From an uncultured Chloroflexia bacterium (GTDB lineage Bacteria > Chloroflexota > Limnocylindria > Limnocylindrales > CSP1-4): a DNA stretch of 64,000 nucleotides. Each line of letters begins with the position of its first letter. Position 1 is the first letter of the stretch. The translations under genes were made by a program, and so were the position numbers. Below, piece by piece: positions 59,822 to 64,000 of this stretch. The stretch covers positions 242,447-306,446 of the forward strand of contig CAWHHU010000003.1 of NCBI GenBank assembly GCA_963829295.1. The letters run 5' to 3'. The notes under the pieces were generated by a model. The model had not been told where the DNA came from. It did not search any database and saw only the letters and a program-made list of their open reading frames with translations.

Positions 59822-60038
59822 GATCTATCTCAATTCGGGGGACGGATGGTCGCGAAGATGGCCCCTTGCCGTTCGTGTATCTCGCCCCTGATGTTCGCGC
59901 TGCCCGTCGAGCCGACGCGGGCAGAATGGGTCATCGCCATGGAGAACGCCGACGCCGCGGCCTGATGCAGCCCGCACCGGCGATGAGTTTCCGCTCGGCT
60001 GCGGGTCTACCCATCATCGAGCCCGCTACGAAGGAGCG

Positions 60039-60531
60039 ATGACCGTGAAGCTGACCGCAACGATGTTCCTGACCGTGGACGGCGTGTACCAGGGCCCAGG
60101 AAGCCCAGATGAGGACCGGCGCGGCGGGTTCGACCGCGGCGGTTGGGTCGCGCCGCACGCCGACGAGGGCACCGGGCGGTTCATCCCCTCGGTCTACGAG
60201 CGCGCGGTACTTGGGCAGCACGTTGATCCCGTGCGAGACCACGTCGTCACCGTCGTGGTGCGGCCAGTACGTCTCCAAGGCGAAGCCCGGCCGCGAGCTC
60301 CAGGTCCATGGCAGCGGCGGCCTGCTTCGTTGGCTGCTGGAGCGCGACCTCGTCGACGAGCTCAATCTCCTCCTCTTCCCGGTGATCCTGGGCGACGGGC
60401 TGCGGCTGTTCCCGGAGGGAGGGCAGACGCACGGCCTGACGCTGGTCGAATCCAAAGCGACGCCGTCCGGCGTGACGATCCAGACCTATCGACCGGCCGG
60501 GCGCGCCACGTACGGCAACGCGGGCGAGTGA
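60039..60531 (+). pseudogene. DHFR/RibD C-terminal family gene broken by an internal inversion and deletions
   Basis: N-terminus (FLTVDGVYQGPG, DRGGW) and C-terminus (QVHGSG, DELNL, ILGDGLRLF) are in different frames; middle YWP...INVLPKY is on the minus strand at 60207-60275. Confidence 0.85.
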
Positions 60532-60619
60532 GGTCGCATCACTTCAGGTGAACGAGGGATAGGCGCGCCCGTGAAGACGACGCCGCACCCCGGGCATCCC
60601 GTCCGCGCGGCGAAGGTCG

Positions 60620-61114
60620 TCAATCACTGCCCTGACGCGTCCGCCCGCTGAGTCCAAACGTCCGGTCGAACGCGATGTGAGCCAGCCACGCGATCCCCGC
60701 AACGTAGGCAACCAGGGGGACCGCCCTCGCCGCCTCGAACTGGTTCGGGTCGTTGTTGAGGACCCTCGCCGCGAGGAGGCCGGCCAGCGCCAGCGCGATC
60801 AGCGCGATCGGGACCGCCGGGCGATGGGCGAGGTCGTAGGTCCGGGTGGCGAGCTTCGACGCTCGACCATCGCGATGGCGCCCGGTGAGGCCGGCGATGA
60901 GCGGCAGGTCCGGCAGGACGGCGAACACGAGGATCGGAGCTGCACCGAGCTCGTGCACGATGACCTCGAAGATGTCGAACGCAGCCAGCGCCAGGCCCGT
61001 GACCAGCCATGCCACGCGACCGAAGCGCGCCACGCCGGAGCAGCCCCGATGCCGGGCTTCCTCGGCGTCATTCGGTGCCCGCGGGCGCACAACACCCGTC
61101 ATCCGAGCGATCAT
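60620..61114 (-). CDS. DUF4260-like membrane protein
   Basis: PDL, YDLAHRP, WLAHIAFDRTFG; start uncertain. Confidence 0.65.
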   Translation of the reverse strand: MIARMTGVVRPRAPNDAEEARHRGCSGVARFGRVAWLVTGLALAAFDIFEVIVHELGAAPILVFAVLPDLPLIAGLTGRHRDGRASKLATRTYDLAHRPAVPIALIALALAGLLAARVLNNDPNQFEAARAVPLVAYVAGIAWLAHIAFDRTFGLSGRTRQGSD

Positions 61115-61253
61115 GACTGCGGCGGCCCCTCGAATGCCCCCGAAAAGGTCGATGCTCGTCTTTCAACGGTCTTGCGTTGGCGCCCGACGGCGGGGTCCGG
61201 CGCCGTAGCGTCGGAGCTCCTGGAACAAGCGGTCGGAGTGGGGGAGCGCAGCG

Positions 61254-61436
61254 ATGGATTGGCTTCGCGATCACCGGCCCCTCATCATCGGCGCCCTCGT
61301 CGAGGTGGCAATCGTGGCTGCCATCGTGCCGCTGGCCTTGATACCGCGCTGGCAGGTGCGTGCCGTCCCCGGGTTCGACAATCTCGGCTCCGGCTTCCCA
61401 GCGTGGAGCCGGCTTCACGGACCCTACAGCGGCTGA
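61254..61436 (+). CDS. short single-TM ORF, possibly a gene fragment
   Basis: GGGGAG RBS, one TM, then degenerate tail. Confidence 0.3.
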   Translation: MDWLRDHRPLIIGALVEVAIVAAIVPLALIPRWQVRAVPGFDNLGSGFPAWSRLHGPYSG

Positions 61437-61446
61437 ACGCGGCGCA

Positions 61447-62010
61447 CTAACGCGCCACGCGATAGCGGAGGTAGACGACGCTCGAGCTGAGGGTGCGGGT
61501 CTCGACGAGCTCGAGATCCACCCGGCGCTCGCGCTGCGGAAAGTACGGAATGCCACCGCCGTCCAGCATCGGGTAGACCCTGAGCCGGTACTCGTCGATC
61601 AGGCCCAGCGCGGCCGCCTCGGCGGCGAGCGTCGCGCCGCCGATCGCGATGTCGCCCTCCCCGGGCTCGGCTCGCAGCCGCTCGATCTCCTTCGCAAGGC
61701 CACCCGAGGCCAGGCGGGCATTGCCCTGCACCGCCGACAGCGTGGTTGAGAACACCACCTTCGGGAGCGGCTTCCAAAGGGCCGTCCACGCGCGCTCCGA
61801 GTCGTCGAGCGATGGGTCCTGGTCGGCGGTCTCCCAGTACAGCATCGTCTCGTACAGCCGTCGCCCCATCAGGTGGACACCGACCTCACGGATCTCGTCC
61901 ATGACCAGGCGCCAGACCTCCTCGTCGGGCGCCGGTGCGGTGATCTCGCCGTCCGGCCCGACGATGTAGCCATCAAGCGAGACGCCCATCGAATAGGTCA
62001 CGCTGCGCAT
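61447..62010 (-). CDS. dihydrofolate reductase / RibD C-terminal family protein
   Basis: SLDGYI, MGRRLYE, PKVVFS, GGATLA, IDEY, GGGIPYF; AAGGAGG RBS. Confidence 0.92.
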   Translation of the reverse strand: MRSVTYSMGVSLDGYIVGPDGEITAPAPDEEVWRLVMDEIREVGVHLMGRRLYETMLYWETADQDPSLDDSERAWTALWKPLPKVVFSTTLSAVQGNARLASGGLAKEIERLRAEPGEGDIAIGGATLAAEAAALGLIDEYRLRVYPMLDGGGIPYFPQRERRVDLELVETRTLSSSVVYLRYRVAR

Positions 62011-62109
62011 CGAAATCCTCCTTGGTGGGGGGTTCGACAATACGACTGCCGGACGCCGCAGGACTCATCGCGGCTCGCCGGATCTCCTCGGTATGCGCCC
62101 ACCCGCCGC

Positions 62110-63693
62110 TCAGCTCTGCGGCAGCCCTCGACCGCGGAAGCCGACCGCCGCGGCGACACCGAGGATCGCGGCGAACCCGCCGAGGACGACGAGCTGCAGC
62201 CCCTCCACGGAGCCCAGCGGCGGATTGCCGGCGTGGGTCATCGGGGAGAGGTCCAGCACCCATCCGGGCAGCTTGAGGCCCGTACCGAGAAAGGCGATGA
62301 AGGCGACGAAGGCGAGGGCCGCCCAGCCCGCCGGAAGCGCCCTGGGCCGGATGCCGAAGAGCGCGAGCGCGAGGCCGCCCACCAGGAGCTCAGCCGGCAG
62401 GTAGGCCGCGCCCGCCCCGAGGACGCGAGCCAGATTCACCCCGGTGCCCATCGACCACGCCATCCCGGCGCCGAGCACGATCGAGGAGACGACGACGATG
62501 ACGACGAGACCGGTAACGATGGCGAGCACGTGGGCGGCGAGCCAGCGCATCCGGGACAAGGTGCCGGTCAGCCGGACCTCGAGACGTCCGGCGGTCTCCT
62601 CGCCGTGCAGACTGCCGACGGCCTGGACAGCATACGCGGTGGCGATGATGGCGATGTAAAGCTGGGTGAGGGCGACCATCCCGTCCACGGGTTGCGCACC
62701 CGACAGGCCGAGGGCCTCGGCCATGGCCGAGTTGCCGAGGACGGCGTCGACGAACTGCTGCGCCAGCGCGCCCATCATCCCCGCCAGGATCACGGCACCG
62801 GCGAGCCAGCCGAGGATCGCCGGGCGGTGGATGGCGGTCGCCAGCCCGAGTGGGCTGCGCAGCCATGTCGTCGCTCGCGCCGATCCCGCGCCCCCGCGGA
62901 GGAGCGAGCTGCCGACGTCGCGGCGTCCGGCGACGAGGACGGCCACCACGGCCAGCAGCCCGCCGACGGCGAGGGGTATGAGGAGGGCCCACCACCGCAT
63001 CGGCCCGAACGGCGCGGCCTTCTCGGCCCAGCCGAGCGGCGAAAGCCAGGTGACCCACGTGTTCGTCACGTCTCCGACGCCCCGCAGCAGGTAGGCCACG
63101 GCGAGGACCAGCAGGCCCCACATGTAGACGCCGCGGGCGTGCAGGGTGACCTGGGCGAGCAGCGCCGCCAGCCCGGCGAAGACGAAGGCGAGGGTGCCGA
63201 GGGAGGCGGCGTAGAGGATCGATCGGGTGGCGGGTACGCCGAAGGCGATGAGCCCGAGAGCGAATGCGATCGCGGTGACGAGGATGGCGGCGGAGGCGAC
63301 GATGAGCCCGGCGAGCACGGGGACGTGGCGCACGACCCGGCCGGCGAGGACCGTCTCGAGGCGCCCGGCCTCCTCCTCGCGCCGGGTGGCCTGGGCAACG
63401 AGGCTGATCCCGAGCAGCGGGAGGAGGAAGGCAGCGAGGAAGCCGAACTCGTCGGCGATGATCCCGCCGAGACTGTCGATGCCCTCGACCCTGCCGTTGA
63501 TCGCGACGAGGGCGTCACCGGCGGTGACGGCCTGGGCGTAGGTGTGGATCTTCTCGGGGGTCGTGTAGAGGCCGGCTATCGATCCCGCCGTGCCGACCAT
63601 CATGGCGATGAGCGCCAGCACCCAGACGAGCGTGCTGCGGCGGTGCGTCCGCCATTGGACGGCGAGCATGGCCCGCAGGCCGGTCGCCCTCAT
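62110..63693 (-). CDS. ABC-2 exporter permease, 12-TM duplicated type
   Basis: TRREEEAGRLE and GEETAGRLE halves, WLSPLGW, RRDVG, LSP..H. Confidence 0.88.
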   Translation of the reverse strand: MRATGLRAMLAVQWRTHRRSTLVWVLALIAMMVGTAGSIAGLYTTPEKIHTYAQAVTAGDALVAINGRVEGIDSLGGIIADEFGFLAAFLLPLLGISLVAQATRREEEAGRLETVLAGRVVRHVPVLAGLIVASAAILVTAIAFALGLIAFGVPATRSILYAASLGTLAFVFAGLAALLAQVTLHARGVYMWGLLVLAVAYLLRGVGDVTNTWVTWLSPLGWAEKAAPFGPMRWWALLIPLAVGGLLAVVAVLVAGRRDVGSSLLRGGAGSARATTWLRSPLGLATAIHRPAILGWLAGAVILAGMMGALAQQFVDAVLGNSAMAEALGLSGAQPVDGMVALTQLYIAIIATAYAVQAVGSLHGEETAGRLEVRLTGTLSRMRWLAAHVLAIVTGLVVIVVVSSIVLGAGMAWSMGTGVNLARVLGAGAAYLPAELLVGGLALALFGIRPRALPAGWAALAFVAFIAFLGTGLKLPGWVLDLSPMTHAGNPPLGSVEGLQLVVLGGFAAILGVAAAVGFRGRGLPQS

Positions 63694-64000
63694 CGGAGCG
63701 CCTCCATCGGCTCCCCGAGCTCGGTGGCTTCGAGAGGCCCTGCGTCGAGAGGCCCGGCGTCCGCGTCATAGCTGCGCAGGAAGAGGGCGTCCAGGCTCGG
63801 CGGCGTCACGGTGAGGGTGTGGATCCGTGCGCCGTGCAGCCGGCCGACGACGTCGTCGAGGTGCTCGGCATCGATGGTGAACCGGCTGTCGACATGGCCG
63901 TCGAGCCGCTCGGAGACGTGATCCGCGACACCCGGGGCGTCGGCGAGGCCCGCGGGCGCATCGACGGTGACCGCGTGGACGTGGGTGCGGGTGTGCCGTC
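63690..64000 (-). CDS. ABC transporter ATP-binding protein, C-terminal part (runs off window end)
   Basis: TVTPPSLDALFLRSY motif; ATGA overlap with the permease. Confidence 0.75.
   Translation of the reverse strand, partial: RHTRTHVHAVTVDAPAGLADAPGVADHVSERLDGHVDSRFTIDAEHLDDVVGRLHGARIHTLTVTPPSLDALFLRSYDADAGPLDAGPLEATELGEPMEALR

Noticed and set aside
60207-60275. Inversion as a programmed phase-variation switch
   Set aside because: Flanking coding sequence is missing, so re-inversion would not restore the gene; no invertase or long IRs

Overview
High-GC bacterial chromosomal window with about 63 genes, mostly accessory metabolism, transport and regulation; no rRNA, tRNA or CRISPR array was seen. 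The GAAC-N4-GTTC SOS box, F420-type enzymes, SARP and ECF regulators and Pro/Ser/Thr-linker lipoproteins suggest Chloroflexota or Actinomycetota (inference). Recognisable genes include ettA, prolyl oligopeptidase, an acetolactate synthase-like TPP enzyme, a multidomain GH15 glucodextranase, an AlkZ-like glycosylase, SRAP, a Phd/VapC TA pair, two ECF sigma/anti-sigma pairs, an AfsR-like SARP-ATPase-TPR regulator, a cytochrome P450, an adenylate cyclase, an LTD-EEP nuclease, two ABC exporters, and two complete IS elements (IS1182 and ISAzo13 families) with inverted repeats and 3-bp target duplications. The most notable unannotated signals are: an AfsR-box-like promoter between the SARP gene and a secreted trypsin/esterase pair; a DHFR/RibD-C gene whose middle is inverted and flanked by deletions; a non-coding 25-bp tandem array next to a 21-bp direct repeat; an in-frame DUF6194/Imm5-like fusion; a LexA box abutting SRAP; several operator palindromes; and a possible cyclic-nucleotide signalling set (DUF2652 cyclase-like protein, unusual cNMP-binding protein, adenylate cyclase). 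All family calls come from motif recognition by eye, not database searches. No clearly novel complete system could be established.
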